Below are positions 11,801 through 25,914 of a DNA stretch of 64,000 bases, piece after piece. Location: NCBI GenBank assembly GCA_964106915.2, contig OZ066916.1; one strand, given 5' to 3'. The translations under genes and the position numbers were made by a program. This DNA comes from Podarcis gaigeae (Eukaryota). How positions within the stretch are numbered: position 1 is the first letter of the stretch; each line of letters begins with the position of its first letter. The notes under the pieces are model-generated. The model did not search any database and was not told where the DNA came from. It saw only the letters and a list, made by a program, of their open reading frames with translations.

Positions 11801-14800
11801 AAGATGCTCTCAGGTGGGGTATGAGCTCCCTCTAGCACTTGAAGGCAGGATTGCCGCTGAATTTGAGAGTTTTCCTCCCAACTGACCAGCCCCCAGCAAT
11901 TTTTTATTCCTGCCTTTGTGCTGAGATGTCGTGTCCCAAACTCTTCATTCAGCTTGGCTCAGACTTACGTCTTGACTGTGTTTGTCTGTGTACCTGTGTT
12001 TCTGGAATTTGTCTTTGTGCTGTTGGTATTGCTTGTTTTTTTTTAAAAAAAAGGTTGTGTCTGTCATGTTATTTGTGTGAGGCAAAAGCTAGTGTGAGCT
12101 ATCTCTCATTCTGAGTTTGGGGTGTCTTGCGTAGTTTAATGTTTGCATCTTGCAGGGATATTTTGTTGATTGTGGGGAATTTGGTTGTTATTTCCCACTA
12201 CGTTTTTTCCTTCCTCTCTGGCAACTTGGTTGTTTCTTTTTGACTTTTTCTTTTTGGTCATATTGCTTCCTTTCCCCCTTTTCTTAGATAGGCAGCTTAG
12301 TGTTCTATGGCTGTGTGAGGAATTTTTAACAGCTGCTCTGTTCTCCTTCCTGCCATTTTTGAAGCCCCACCAGAGCTCTGAACTATCAACCACAGGAGAT
12401 CTGCGCTTAGTTACCGTAGATCACCTATCCTGCCAAGCAATGGCCAGCAACTACTGGATTATGGTTCCCCCATTGGTTCCAGACAATTCGCTGCTGCAAC
12501 TTTGAGGAAATAGTGGGCCATGGACAAGAAAACACTGCTGAAGGCTAAAACCCTTATGGCGATGTATAAGTCTCTACTTAATCACTGCATTTCTCAGTTG
12601 GCATCAGCTTCTGGTGTGCAGGGCTCCAGCTCTGAATCCATTCTCATTGGGTGAGGCTACTACCCTTCATTGTGTCCCAGGTACTATAACTGCTAAGTCA
12701 TGTAGCTGAGAGAGCCTCTAAAGCTGCCATGTCAAAGGCAGCCCACCAAAAGGAGTCTGGTCTAATTTCCCGCTCTTTTCTTCAGGCTTGGTAACACAAA
12801 TATCAGTACAGGTAATCAAAACTGTCAAGTATGCCTAGTGCTTCATCACTACTGCTATTTCCCCCTGACATACTATTGGCGTGGCTCTACCTCAGCCTCA
12901 GCTGAATACTGAAAAGCTTCAGCAATTCAAAGAGGCTCTGTTGTCAGACTTATATAAAGACTTACCTGGATCTGTCCAGCAGGCTAAACACCAATTTCCA
13001 TCTCTTTGATATCCTGAAGTCCTGAATCAAATAAAGGGAACTCTCCTTTCTGGTTTATTGCAAAAAACAAAAACAAAAAACAAACAAACCCCACAAAGGA
13101 TTTCCATCGTTGGGGCATAAAATATTCCTATTCTTTCAGCTGCTTTGGTTTACTTTCTGGTTGCCAGGGCTGTCATTCCCTGAGGAAGTTCCTCTCAAAT
13201 GGCCATTGTCTGAGGAGGTTAGAAGTAAAGTTTCCAGGTTTTCATGCAGTGCCACAGGGCATAGCAATTTCAAAGTGTAAAGAGCTGTCCAGTTTTAACA
13301 ATTGAAAGACGTTGTGGACCCTGCATTAGATCTGTGAGAGACTAAATGGGATTGGAGTGTTGTTTCTGAATGCAAATAAATGAAAGAAAGAAATGGTCTC
13401 TAATAGATTGTTTTCAGGTCAAACAATGCCTACACTTATATTGTAAGTGGCAGTACAGGATCTCAGTGCCCCAGGTGAGAATCCTGCCTCTTCTATATCA
13501 CAGAAGCACCAGTCTTCCTGATGCAAAGCCTCATGGAAGAGCTGTTTCTGCTCCCATTCTGTTTCAGAAACTGGTCAGCCCTGAGTGGAATGAAGCTTTA
13601 TAGTGTAGTCACTTGTATGTAAGGCTCCTGCCGTAATGGGTGATGTACATTCCCTTTACCCAGAGTTCCTCAGCTGGATAAAAAGGATGCTAATCAGGAA
13701 TTTGGGGAGATTGCATCAGTTACACAGGAGGTATTCATAAGACCCTCAAACAGGAGTTAATGTATAATATTTCTTGTTTTCCACCCCTAAAATTTCAGGG
13801 GCCAAGGAGTGAAGCTACTTGATTGTGTAGCATAAACACTGTTGCATCAGGGTAATCTGAACCGCCAGAGTGTTCCTACTGTGTTGAGTGGTTATCAAGT
13901 TATTTCCTCCAACCTTTTCACACTAGAGATTAAGTGTGCCCATTTCAGACAGGGATATGAACCCTTTGGTTAGAGACAGGGGATAGTCCTCAAGCTGAGG
14001 TGTTTTCCCACTCTTTTTCTGAAGGCACTAGAATATTAGGTTAAATGTTTCTCCTTATAGACCTGAATCTCCCCAACCTCTGAAGAGCCAGCAGGGTGTT
14101 GCCAAGGTAACCACAGACAAGTCTGTTGACTCCTCTGCAGGGCCACTTTCAAATCGGAATATGAATTGCTTCATGAGTTTGCATAAGGATCCAAAGGTTT
14201 TCTCTAAGAGATGGAGTCATTTCAAAGAGTTGCAGCACAGAGCCTCAATTTCCTTTTCTGACCAGCTGCAGTCCTAAATGAATGCATATAATTATCTTAT
14301 GTATCCATGAGGAGTTTGAAGGGGTTCCTTAGGGGCTGGCCGTGTAGATACCCTGTTCGGTGAAATTAGAAATGAGTTTGTCTTTTTTTAAGTTTCATCA
14401 GGCTTTAGCCGTAGCCATCACTCGCTTTTTGCCAGGGTTCATTGGCAAACCAGTTCATTGGTTTAAGGAACGCCAGGGATATTCACCTTCAGTAGAGATT
14501 AATTCTCTCTACCAGTTGTAAAACTTAGCAAATGTTTACCGAGGATGACAGAAGTTTTTTCTACCTACATCTAGGCAGTTGAGTAATAAAAGAGGTACAA
14601 ACTTTAAATGAAACTGAAATAATAACAACAACAACAATAATAATAATAATAAATACCCCACCCATCTGGCTGCGTTTTCCCAGTCACTCTGGGCATCTCC
14701 CTTTATTCCTTTATATGTCAGGTAAGTCTTTTGGACAGTTTTGAAGAGGAGAAGGTCTCTAAGCCTTCTATTAGTCCTTGGTGTCTATTTAAACTGCAAT
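11801..14800 (+). mobile_element. Highly degraded interspersed element, possibly a DIRS-like retrotransposon
   Basis: First ~170 bp recur at 25915-26080; LAVAIT at ~14405 resembles a tyrosine-recombinase LVAITSARR motif; boundaries uncertain. Confidence 0.3.
14618..14700 (-). mobile_element. L2 LINE 3' tail fragment with (AAT/AAC)n
   Basis: (aac/aat)n followed by ataccccacccatctggctgcgttttcccagtcactctgggc, matching a lizard L2 3' end as I recall it. Confidence 0.65.
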
Positions 14801-16049
14801 TTAAGATTACAATCACTGTCACGGTGCTTGTTTTCATAGCGATGCAATACTCCGGCTGATTTCAAAGCCTTCAGGGCAGTTGTTATTGAAATTTTCTGAT
14901 GTCCTGTAGTAATGCTCTTTCTCCTATGAACACAGGATATTGAACAAGTATCCCTATTCCACATTCCCTATTCCACATTCCAGTGGTTCAGATACTTAAT
15001 CAAAAACATTGGGTATTACCGGTAATTCCATTTTCTTTGTTGTTTACATATGTAAACTTATGGAGGCTGAGTTGTGTAGCTATAGTTTCTTTTCCAGAGT
15101 TGCCCTTTCACCTAGCAAATTAACATTTTACAGAATAGTTTGTGAAATAAGCACAGTAGAAGGAAACTAGTAGTGATGCTGTTATTGGTTGTGTGTGATG
15201 TTACATAACTTTTTTCTGTTGCTTTTTGTATGCTTATTCCCTGCCAAATAGTCCTTTTTCTTTTGAAGTTTCATACAAACAGTCAGAAACCCACTTTTAA
15301 GCATATGGAAATCATCACGACTACTAAGATGCTAAATTGTTCTCAACTTGTTTAATCAGAATGACATTTAAAGGCAAATACCAGTTTCTGGTATTTCATT
15401 CTAGATGCTGCCCTGGTAACCATGATTACTCCAAAACGAGGAGCATATTGGCTAATTTAAGGGAGCATTCTATAAAAGAGAGAAAATATTTTCCTTTTTT
15501 AGGACATCTTATGACGAGTCTTCAGTCCATTCAGGAGGCAGAAGCCTATTTTTGATGTGTGATGTCACTAATGTGGCCCCCTGCTGTAACCCCAAGACTG
15601 GAATTTGCCCTACACCCAAAGGTTAGTGAGTGTGATTAGGCTAGGAGTTAGTTGCATTATAGTTGATAGCCTCATGGGCAGTCAGTGTAGTCTATAGGAG
15701 CAGACTTTGGATATGTTTTTCTCCCTAGAAACCCTATAATTTTTTTTAATCGTTCTGAAAGGAAGGTGGGGGAACTTCTGAATTTAAATATCAATACATG
15801 TGGTGCAAGTTGGAAATTTCATTTTCTAAAGCTGATTTCCAACATGATTTGCATTAATGTAGTACCCATTTTTAAAAGACAGCAAAAAGCAAGGATACTT
15901 CTGGAGTTCCTCTCACATAAATGCTGAGCACTCTAGGTGTGCAGATACTCAAGGATTCATTCTCACAATTCTATGAAAGTAGCACTTTGGAATTTGTGGA
16001 TTAGAGATTGATTTTTCTCAATTTAAAAATACTAGTCTTTAGTTGGAAA

Positions 16050-16405
16050 CAGAGGCTTACCTGGGGTTCCTTGTGCCCTTGGCAACGAGCTGTATTGGCA
16101 CACCCCCCCCCCAGAAGAAAAACACTTTACCACAACAACCGAATTAAAAATTACTACGTTTTACACAACCCAAGTACTCAAAGCATCTGGAGTGAGGGTG
16201 AGGTAAGGAGGAAGGGCAAAAAAGTCTGCACACCTTTCTACCGTGGTGCGAGAAGGATGGGAACCTCTCTTGCATTTGAGCTGACCACGATCGCAGCAGC
16301 AGCGCATCACTGCACGCATATACGCCATACACTCCATAGTCTTGATAGGTGAATTTTCGCCCCCCTGGCAGGGGCCGGGTTCACCAACCCCGAGGTATGC
16401 CTCTG
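16050..16405. mobile_element. hAT MITE
   Basis: TIRs CAGAGGCTTACCTGGGGTT / AACCCCGAGGTATGCCTCTG; 8-bp TSD gttggaaa / cttggaaa; CpG-rich interior. Confidence 0.85.
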
Positions 16406-18280
16406 CTTGGAAACAGAGGGTGGAATATATGTAACAAGCACGTAAATCAATATTTTATTAACGATTGAGTTGTACCATTTTTAGGGTTTTCTACATGTCT
16501 GCCATAATATCTGTGTGCAGGAGGGACTCTGCTAGTTGAGTGGGATGTATCTTCATTACTGATTTCCATTGGAGGGGGATGCTTTAGGAGACGTTTGTGA
16601 ATTCTTTGAGTCCCAAATCTAATTCTTGTTTTGTGCCAGTGTGAACAATGGAAATATTTACATTGTATCAATGACTGGTTACTCTGGTGTCAGTTATTTA
16701 GCACTAATAATTCTACTTAAAATTTGAATATTGAGCAAAATTTGTAAAACATATCCATGTAGTTATCTAAAAAATATTGTGGCATAATAGCTAGTGAACT
16801 TGCTACCAAACATCCCTACAATAATGGCAGGTCCGTGAGACTACCCCCCCCCCCCGGGTTTTCAATCAGTGACACGCTAAATAATCAGCACTACCTTTCC
16901 CCCTCGTTAGTTCCTCTGAGTGGAAGCAGGTTACCTATTGTGAGTAGGGTAAAGGTTTTGCCCATGCTACCACAGTATTCCCTAGGGACAGCACTCAACT
17001 GTTCTCCAAAGGAATGAGTAACAAATCAATCATAGAAAAAATGTGAGAAAAATCAGTAAAAACTGATTAAGTTAACAGCTTTTATAAGAAATAGATTAAA
17101 TTATCAATTGGAACTAGATACATGGCAGCTGTTAACAGTTTACATAAAAATAAAATTGAAAATCTTGGTTGTGGAGTGCACATTTTTGTGAAGATATAAT
17201 CTATAGAATGAGAAAAAATGGTAAGTGTAAATAAGTTGTTTCTATTTAGTTGTTTCAGTTAAGGCATGTATGAACATTGCTATTTAATTGGTAATGTTAT
17301 AACCAAATCTATTTTGGTATGTTTTCATGTAATTTTTCAAATATAGTTAAAGCTGAAAAAGTAACAAATGGAGCATTTTTCATGGGCTCAAGTAGTGCCT
17401 TTGTATATGGGCTCAAGGCATGTACTCAGCAACGTTGGGGAAGAGGCGAAATCTCCCGCTCTCCCAACCTCTAATTCCCATGTTTCAGTGTGAATTTTTG
17501 CCTTCTGCAACAAAGTCTGCCTGATGATAAAAAAGGGAGGGGCAACACCAATCAAGAAACACTTTTTACACATTACATCTAATTATGTGCATCATCCACC
17601 ATCTCAAATGATATTGGATGTTAATTTTGTTTATTTTCATATTTGATATAGTATGCATATTCTTACATAAGGATGTTTTAATATTCAGTGTTCTTAATAT
17701 AGTACTAGTTATCTGTTTCAGTTATCCTGAAGCAAGTATTCTTTGAAATATGTTGGGTCTATTAGATAGCTAAATAAATTCTTTGAACTTTCCTTTCCCT
17801 TTTTTCATTTCCTCATTACTGCCCATTTGTGTTAAGAACTGATGAAAATCTCTTTTTTACAAGTTGTAGTCCTGCAGAAGGAAAACCCAACGATTGACTA
17901 TATTTTTATATTATACACAGAAGTCTAATAAAGTCTTATGGGCTGTACCTCTGGCAGTGGCATCAGTGATGGATAGGAAACTACCTCCTTCATGCAGATT
18001 TGCACTTGTTTCACACTTAGAATACTGATGTCACAAATGTAAAAAATAAATACTTGTTTCCCACTTTGCAAGGAGCTTGGTTCAAGTGGGATAAAATTCT
18101 TTACTTTTCACAATCCCAACTGAATCCAGCTCCTCAGTCTGGAGAATGACAAATAGTTTCAAAATGCACCACTTCTTTCACTTCCAAAACTAGGTCCCCA
18201 GTTTGGTGGGCATGTATCTTGGATGCAGTGCCTTCCCTGCTTCAAATGGTTCCAAGCATTTCTATCTCTCTGCCTATTAG

Positions 18281-18365
18281 TAGAATCTTATAGTTGGAAG
18301 GGACCCAAGGGTCTTCTAGTCCAACCCCCTGCAATGCAGGAATCTCGACTAAAGCATCCATGACA
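18281..18365 (-). mobile_element. CR1 LINE 3' end fragment
   Basis: tagaatcttatagttggaagggacccaagggtcttctagtccaaccccctgcaatgcaggaatctc is the reverse complement of the CR1 3' end also seen at 61815-61890. Confidence 0.85.
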
Positions 18366-18871
18366 TTTCCATGAGACAAAGAATGTTGGGAAATGCCTAT
18401 TGGATATATTACCCAAAAATGGGGTGTAGGTGGAAGAAGGTGCTATATATTGCAGGGACCCGAAGGGCTACAGTTTGCATCTTCTCAGCTTTCTGTGTCA
18501 GCCCTGCTAATGGGGTCTACTTCACTGTGGTCAGGAGTAGCAGACAGGTTTTGCCCCCACAGATGGATTGCACCCAAGTGATGTGCTTTAAAATTTATAT
18601 ATCCAGCTCATCATCAATGAAGAGGAATGGAGCACTGTACACTTGTAGAAGTTGAGTAATTGCAAACCAGAGTCTTAATTTGCAGTTGGTATTATTAAAG
18701 CATATAGGTTGAAAAGTTCCCCAGATTCCTGCTTTTCCCCCACTCCGGTTGTCTTCTAAATTACACTGTTCTTGCTCATGAATTGAGGAAAGGATCAGTT
18801 GTCAAGAAGCTGACAGATAACAAGCAATATTTTCATGGTGGGAAGTGTGAAGTGGTGGCATTTGATTACAG

Positions 18872-19012
18872 GTAGTAGCAGTGTTGGTCTGCCATAGTCG
18901 AAACAAAATAAATAAAATAAAATAATAATAAAATTCCTTCCAGTAGCACCTTAGAGACCAACTAAGTTAGTTATTGGTATGAGCTTTTGTGTGCATGCAC
19001 ACTTCTTCAGAT
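18872..19012 (-). mobile_element. Penelope-like element terminal fragment
   Basis: attccttccagtagcaccttagagaccaactaagttagttattggtatgagcttttgtgtgcatgcacacttcttcaga; same family as 63825-64000. Confidence 0.8.
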
Positions 19013-19808
19013 TTTTGATGTGTAGCAGAAGGCTTGGCTTGGCATCTCTTCTACCCAAAGCTCCAGGAAATGTACCGTATTCTTAAGTGTGCTTTCTGTT
19101 ATCAAAGAATCATTTAGAACAAGTTCACAAAGGCAGAACAGGAAAATACTTTAAATTTCCCCCTTAAACTTTATGGCGTAAAAGGACTGTTTACAGAACT
19201 GTGCAAGCCCCAACAGTCAAAGTGCTGTGCGCCAGGGCTTTGAGATGCAAATGATCAGTAGTGCCTACAAAACCCCCTTTGGCCCAGTCATGTCTTTACT
19301 TGCCCTACACCTGACGTGATATAGGCCAGTGGGTGTGGCTTGGGCTTTAGGGGAGGCCTGGCAGACCTAATTAGAGGCTGGAGGTTCCCTGTCCCTGCAA
19401 TCAAGGCTTCTCTATCTGCAATACACAACATTTCCCAGCCTAATGATTCCTGTCATGATGGACTTTCACATCACTAGTGTGCAGTTAGACCCCTTCCAGA
19501 ATGAAGAGGGAAATCTGCTTTACAGTTCTACAGGAGAAAATTTCACCTTTCCTCATGCAGTTGCCTTTGTTCATTTTTGTTGTTCCTTTGATACCAACAT
19601 TTAGTACAGAGACAATAAATGTTTCCATCACTTTCCTGTGTTATTGTTGAGTCACTTCTGTTTCTCTTTCTTGACCCTGACTTTTGCTGTGATACATCAA
19701 AACATGGTCATGTGGACTTTCTGATGCTATGAATGCACAGTTTATGAAGTCTTGTATCAAAGTTTTCTGATATTGCAGCAGAGTGATAGAATAATTTGGG
19801 AATCTGTA

Positions 19809-20041
19809 CAGTGGTAACTTGGGTTAAGAACTTAATTTGTTCTAGAGGTCCGTTCTTAACCTGAAACTGTTCTTAACCTGAGGTACCATTTTAGCTAATG
19901 GGCCCTGCTGCGCCGCTGCCGCACGATTTCTGTTCTCATCCTGAAGCAAAGTTCTTAACCCGAGGTACTATTTCTGGGTTAGCAGAGTCTGCAACCTGAA
20001 GCATTTGTAACCTGAAGCGTCTGTAACCCGAGGTACCACTG
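19809..20041. mobile_element. Tc1/mariner MITE
   Basis: TA|CAGTGGTAACTTGGGTTA ... TAACCCGAGGTACCACTG|CA; internal repeated TAACCTGA motifs. Confidence 0.88.
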
Positions 20042-20617
20042 CATTGATAGAAATAAAAAAATACAGAGAGGATACATTTGCTTCGTTTTATACCATAGCT
20101 AGAAGTAGCTATATAATGTGGGGAAATAAAAATGACATCAAAGAAACCTAGAAAGGCATCTGGTTTCACAAGCTACGCTACAGGCATTTTAGGAAATGAG
20201 CAATTCCTTAACTTGAAAGAATTTTATTTTTTAAAAAGTAGTACATTGTGGTTTGCTTTGTTTCATAATAGTTTAATGCAGGATTATTGCTGTATACTTG
20301 GCTGGAATATTCAAGTCACAGGGCTCATTGTTAAACTGATTTTCACCTTGTGTTTTGATCTGATGGACTAATTTCAATTTACATTTTAATGCCTTTTCAA
20401 ATGTGTTGTATGTAAAATATCACTGGCCTTGAGTTTTTATAGTTCAAAAATTTCAAGTCTACGTGTAATTAATCCAATAGTCAATGTAGCATATAGCACT
20501 TTTTACAAAGTATGTTCTGGGAATTCTGGGATTTCTTGACCAGTTTAGCAGTGAGAAGATCTAATCTAGTGGAAAACTGAAAACCACAGGTATAGTCTCT
20601 GAAGCTTTAACATTATA

Positions 20618-20757
20618 TAGCATGGGTAACTAGTTTGTGGCCCTCCAAATGTTGTTGGATTACTACTCCCAATAACCCCTAATCATTGAGTATTGGTTGT
20701 TCTGCGTGGTGCTGATGGGAGTTGAAATTGGACGGCATCTGACTGGGCCACATTATT
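20618..20757. mobile_element. hAT MITE, old copy of the 32977 family
   Basis: ggccctccaaatgttgttggattactactccca ... gatgggagttg..catctg..gggcca; further degraded copies near 7410-7510, 30150-30245 and 33540-33600. Confidence 0.65.
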
Positions 20758-22046
20758 ACTCTAGTGCAGGAGTGGCTATATTTCTAAATAAGTTTAAATT
20801 TTAGAGCTGCTTTTCTAGTAACAGTACTAGATTGTTATTTAGCATTGCTATGAATTGTCCAGGCGCTCCCAAATTACAGAAATTTCAATAGTCTTAGCTG
20901 TTACATTGCAATTATTTTGAAGAATTTCTCTGAAGTATTTTGCTGTGTTAGCTGATGATAGCTGCATACAACAAAACTCTTATTACTTCCACTACTAGCT
21001 CAACAACTCTGGCCCTCTTTGAAAAAAGTTTGGACACCACTGCAGGATGTTAGTCCTGCACTTCATGTGTATGACTTCAGCAATCTAATGTTCTAGTCGA
21101 AGTAGAAAATAACAAGATATATATTTTATACATGTGTTTTAATGCAGTAGTCTTAGTAAGTCTAAAAACTGGATTCATTTTTTGCTTATAGCAAAGCCTT
21201 TATGGAGTGCAGATCCCGTTTATTACATGTCATATCTGATTCTCATTTTATTATAAATCAAGTTTGTCATTGCCTTGTAAAATCAAATGTCACCTTTTCA
21301 GTTGCGCATAGTTGGTGAGATGTTGATGAATGCTGATTTACACCAGGAGAATTCTCTGTTCTTGACTAATAGTACATTTTTAATATAGCATGATGTGAAA
21401 GTTTTATGATTTTCACCAGATAGGAGGTTGACCGATTATCACATGATGCAATTCCAGTTGACCAGTCAGACTTCCAAAATCAATTGTATAGGAAACATTT
21501 TGTAGGCTAGCTCACTTCCACATGCATTGATTATGGCAATTGAATCTTGATACAAAATGCATGCTAGCTAAAAAGATCAAAGAGTACATTGTTGTAGGGA
21601 AGCATAGCATTGAAACAAAGTCATTATGAAAATTGTGTCTTTCACCAGTACTGCAGACAATTGTACCCTTGTCAAAAGATACAGGTGTTCTCTTCAGTTT
21701 AACAGACTATAGTACACCAAAAGCAATTGGAAATATATATATATATATATATATGTTTTTCTCATTTGCACCACTGTACTATACCATTGTATTAGGTTTT
21801 CAATAGCAGTTTTAAACCAAACAAAGTGAGTTTAAATAGTTGAACTGCTTTCGCAACACACGTAAAATGATTTGTTAAAGAAAACTATCTTCAGAATCAG
21901 TGTTACAGTTTTGCATTAAAATAGTATTTTATCACATTATTTAATCACATGAACTATGGTGGAGTATTTAAGCAATATTTGAATGAAATTGTTAAGATTT
22001 CTGCTTATTGCTTTGAATAAGTTCTGATTTCCCCTCCTTTGATCAG

Positions 22047-22170
22047 GCAATCCATTCTGTAGCTTGGCACCACGAAGGAAAGCAATTTATCTGTAGCCAT
22101 TCGGACGGAACCTTGACTATATGGAATGTAAGGAATCCTACCAAGCCATTTCAGACAATCACTCCACATG
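22047..22170 (+). CDS. STXBP5: STXBP5 exon ~8 (124 nt)
   Basis: gatcag|GCA...CATG|gtaagt; AIHSVAWHHEGKQFICSHSDGTLTIWNVRNPTKPFQTITPH. Confidence 0.96.
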
Positions 22171-23571
22171 GTAAGTTCAAAATGGAAGTGACTTCTAGTC
22201 AACATTGTGTATACATTATGCTTTAGAGTGATTTGCAGGCTAAGTCATCTAAACTGCTTACCGGTGGCTGCTACTTCATGCCACTCTATTCTTGAGGACC
22301 ATGTGCTGAAAGAAGGTATTAAACTGTACCATATATTTGCAACTCTGCTGCTGCTTATATCACCTGCCTTGTCTCCTGGCTTTGAAAGGATTGGCTTTGA
22401 AAGTCCATTGCTTTGGAGGCTAAGTGTGAAGTTGTTTATTAATCTAGGCAGTATTGCAAAAGAAAACTAGTTCAGGTGCACCTCTTGTGTCTCAAGGTAG
22501 AATAGGACCAGGCAGCTTTTTCTGGTTACGTATTTTATTAGGGTTGCGAACTAGCTCAGTAAGGGGCAACAACCTGGTCTCCTCCGGTGGTTTCAACAAA
22601 TGCTTAATGTGCAGAAGGCAGCAGGTGAAGGTTTTCATGCTGTGGAGCTAAAAACTGATGTCTGCAGAGCTGCTTCGAAAGTTAGCTTTCCTGGCTATTA
22701 TGGGCATGCCAACTACTAACCTAATGTGTGAGGGGGTGGAAGGAGTCAGCATATATCAAACTAGCACAACATATTGTAATCCAAGATTACTTTCACCCTA
22801 AGTGCAGGCACAGTAGTACATTTATCATAAGATTGCCAGGGAAAATCCAAGGCTACACTGTTGTACACATTTGTGTACACCTTTCACAACTTTAGGAATT
22901 TTGTTGTGTTGTATGATCATAATCTTACTATTGTATGTCCAAAAAGATGTCTGCAGTGGCGCCTTATCAGACTTATGCATTGATGTAAAAATGTCTAGGT
23001 TTTACCTGCTTTGCAGTGCTTTGCAGTTTTGTATAGCTTTCTTAGAAATTAGCAGAACATGTAATTAGCCTATTAGCCCTGTAAAGGTTCTCACTATTTA
23101 TGTAAATTAGTAACTGTAAAAGGTTCTAATCAGTTTATACAGTGTTTATATAGTGGAGATGATTTTTTGTGAAACTGGCAATTTGCTGGTCAAACCTGCT
23201 TTCTTTTAAAATATATCACGACCAAATGTTGAAATAAAGTAGTTTTTCTGACAGCAATACAATGAAGGGGAAAGAATTCTTTATTCTTCATAATTCTCCA
23301 ACTCAGTCCTGTGCATGTTTATGTGGGAGTAAATCCCATTGACTTCAGTGGATTGAGACTTTCTCCTAGGTAAGAGAGCACATGGGGTGTTGGTTATTAC
23401 TGCCAAATATCTACTGTTTCTAAGAGAAGCAATTGAGTTATTCGCATTAAATCTGCAAGGATAGTATGATGTACACTTTTAAATATATGGGACTATTCTT
23501 AAGATTTTGGTGTGATTTCTAAGATTTATCAAATTATTTTTAAATGTAAATAAGAAAATATTTTGTTTTAG

Positions 23572-23650
23572 GAAAGCAGGTAAAAGATGGAAAGAAGCCA
23601 GAGCCTTGTAAACCTATTCTTAAAGTGGAATACAAAACTACCAGAGCTGG
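23572..23650 (+). CDS. STXBP5: STXBP5 exon ~9 (79 nt)
   Basis: ttttag|GA...GG|gtaaga; GKQVKDGKKPEPCKPILKVEYKTTRAG. Confidence 0.96.
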
Positions 23651-25416
23651 GTAAGAATTAGGAAACAGTTACTTAACTTTGTTTTGGATATTTGTAGAGA
23701 AAAAATAAGGACTTCGCAAGGCAAAATAATCTAAACAGCTCTTGAAGTACTTCCATGATTTTAAAATGTGACAAACCCACCACCACTTTGTTTATTCATG
23801 AAACCTTAAGTTCTATTCAGCGTTGTTGTTGTTACTGCATAAAAGTAGACTGGAAGCAAAGATGATTGTGAAAGTAAATGTTTTCTCAAACTTCCATGCA
23901 CTTTGTCTTCATACAACCTTCATGCAAAAATATTTATTTGTTAAAATTAATTGAATGAGAAATCTCTTAAATTCTTGCAACAATTTAAATTACAGATTTG
24001 TTATATGTAGGTGTGGAATATAAATTAAAATCATTTGCTGCTGTAGTAAAGTGGATGTTACTTTGGGCAGGAAAAATGTCATTGTGCATACACAAGGGCG
24101 AAACTGGTTTCAGATACACAGAAAAACCTCAAGGGAAATTTTAACACTGAGCTGGGGGTAGTGGAAAGTAAAACAGAGGGAGCAAAATTAACATAAAACG
24201 CCTTACATTTTACAATAATCTGGAAGTGGGAGAGGCTAAATGATTAACCAGAATTTCTTCCCAGTTTAGGATTTGATGAGTTTTTGAGGGCTCTTTGACC
24301 CCTGTCATGGGTTGAATTTCAGAGGAAGTGATTTTTATTTAATCCTAACTTATTTCACACATGTGCAGGCTCTGCATTGCCCTTGCAAGTTTAAAGAATC
24401 CTAGAATAAGGAAAGGGAATGGAATTGGGGTGTGGCATGCATTTTAACCTGTCAGACTTCCATACATCATGTGCAGGGGAAATAAATTATTCCCACACTA
24501 CTGTTCAGATTCAGGATTAGGGTCAGATTTATCACAAATATATCACTTTGTGGGTCTCCATTTGTATGTAGTACATATCTAAAAGAGAAAATAGTGAGTC
24601 TTTATTGCACGAGGTCCACAAGATCTCGCTGGAGCCTGCTGCTGCAACCACTTGTTGCTTCTCTGGTGATGGCAGGTGGGGCGTCCTCCCTGCCATTGCA
24701 GAAGTGAGGAGAGGCAGTTGCAGCAGCTTCCAGGGAGATCTTGTCAGAACCTGTAAGCTGTCACTGCTTCTTCTCTCTTCTCTGGTGGCAAGGGGGTACA
24801 GCGCCAGAGACATGAGAAGTGGCGGCTTCCTGTGAGATCTGAAAAAAGGTTTGCAAGATCTTTCCAGAAGCTGCTGTTGCTTTTCCTGCAGAGGCTGGTG
24901 GTGCACTCGTGGAGACACTGACCTTTGGATTCTGCTGCCTGAGGCAGCTGTCTCAGTCCACATGATGGATGGGCTGGTCCTACCTAAAAGTGAATTTTGA
25001 GTTTCACACTTGTATGGCACATCTAAGGAAGGAAAAACTAGTTTTAGTAAGATTAGTTGCATTCCTTGGCAGTATTTTGCATATGCATCTTTCTGAATAA
25101 GTGGGGAGGTGTACTGAATCCTTGATAATAGTTTGTCCAACTGCTTAGAATATGGTTTAAAAGACAAACAAGTGCCTCTATTTACACAGATCAACACAAT
25201 GGGAATGGATTTTTTCAGCTAGTTGTTCAGTTTGTTGGGCAAACTTGTGTTCTTGCACAACTCTTAAGCCAAGCACACCTAACACAAAACATTAGTGGTA
25301 TATTGTGCCACATATACAGTGTAGAGTGCTATTGGTTACTCTCTTGATCTCAGATGATAAGTCTCCTAATGCTGTCTCTCATAATCTTAACTGTTTGTTT
25401 GTTTCTTTCTTTCCAG

Positions 25417-25571
25417 AGAACCTTTCATCATCTTGTCAGGTGGCTTGTCATATGACACTGTAGGAAGAAGACCCTGTTTAACAGTTATGCACGGAAAGAG
25501 CACTGCTGTTTTAGAAATGGATTATTCAATAGTTGATTTTCTAACCCTCTGTGAAACTCCATACCCTAATG
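25417..25571 (+). CDS. STXBP5: STXBP5 exon ~10 (155 nt)
   Basis: ttccag|A...G|gtaggt; EPFIILSGGLSYDTVGRRPCLTVMHGKSTAVLEMDYSIVDFLTLCETPYPN (LLGL-type domain). Confidence 0.96.
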
Positions 25572-25914
25572 GTAGGTTCTGGGGGGAAAAAATCTTCCCA
25601 CTTGTTTGACTGCTTAATAGCAGTTTTTTGCTGCAGCAATTCCAGAATTTTATTTACTGTTTATATGATTTCATGGCAGGGTTGGGTGGGGCCATTTCTT
25701 CTAAAAGGTTCCTCTAAAATGTTGAAAGATGGTAGATAGTTTTTGAGTAATCTGAGGAGAACTTACATATCTCTAGTACCATCCTATCTGGACAGCAAGA
25801 TAGCATTTATGAGAAAGAGTAGTCCTCATATTCTGGAATGTCTTCCATGGGCTGGTGGCTGTGCTGTCTAATGCATAACCTAATTTTTTTGTGTGAGCAT
25901 TTTTCTTTTGATTA

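Noticed and set aside
14951-14981. Short tandem duplications (also ~32515, ~34741, ~44283, ~60731) as a repeat array or CRISPR-like structure
   Set aside because: Unrelated two-copy slippage duplications without spacers; eukaryotic intronic context
18975-19012. Second hammerhead-like motif on the minus strand of the Penelope fragment
   Set aside because: GAAA box mutated to AAAA (CpG decay) and stem I truncated; antisense to the gene; predicted inactive
7309-22046. Nested gene or additional exons in the 14.7-kb intron
   Set aside because: The flanking exons join in frame with no missing residues, and I found only repeats and short ORFs without homology
23572-23586. CAG|GTAAAA 8 nt into exon ~9 as a micro-exon donor or alternative acceptor
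   Set aside because: Either use breaks the frame, the donor lacks +5G, and the full exon matches the expected protein
24532-25197. Longest ORF in the track (221 aa, minus strand)
   Set aside because: No recognisable domain, non-ATG start, antisense within an intron over a GC-richer repeat-like patch; most likely a chance ORF
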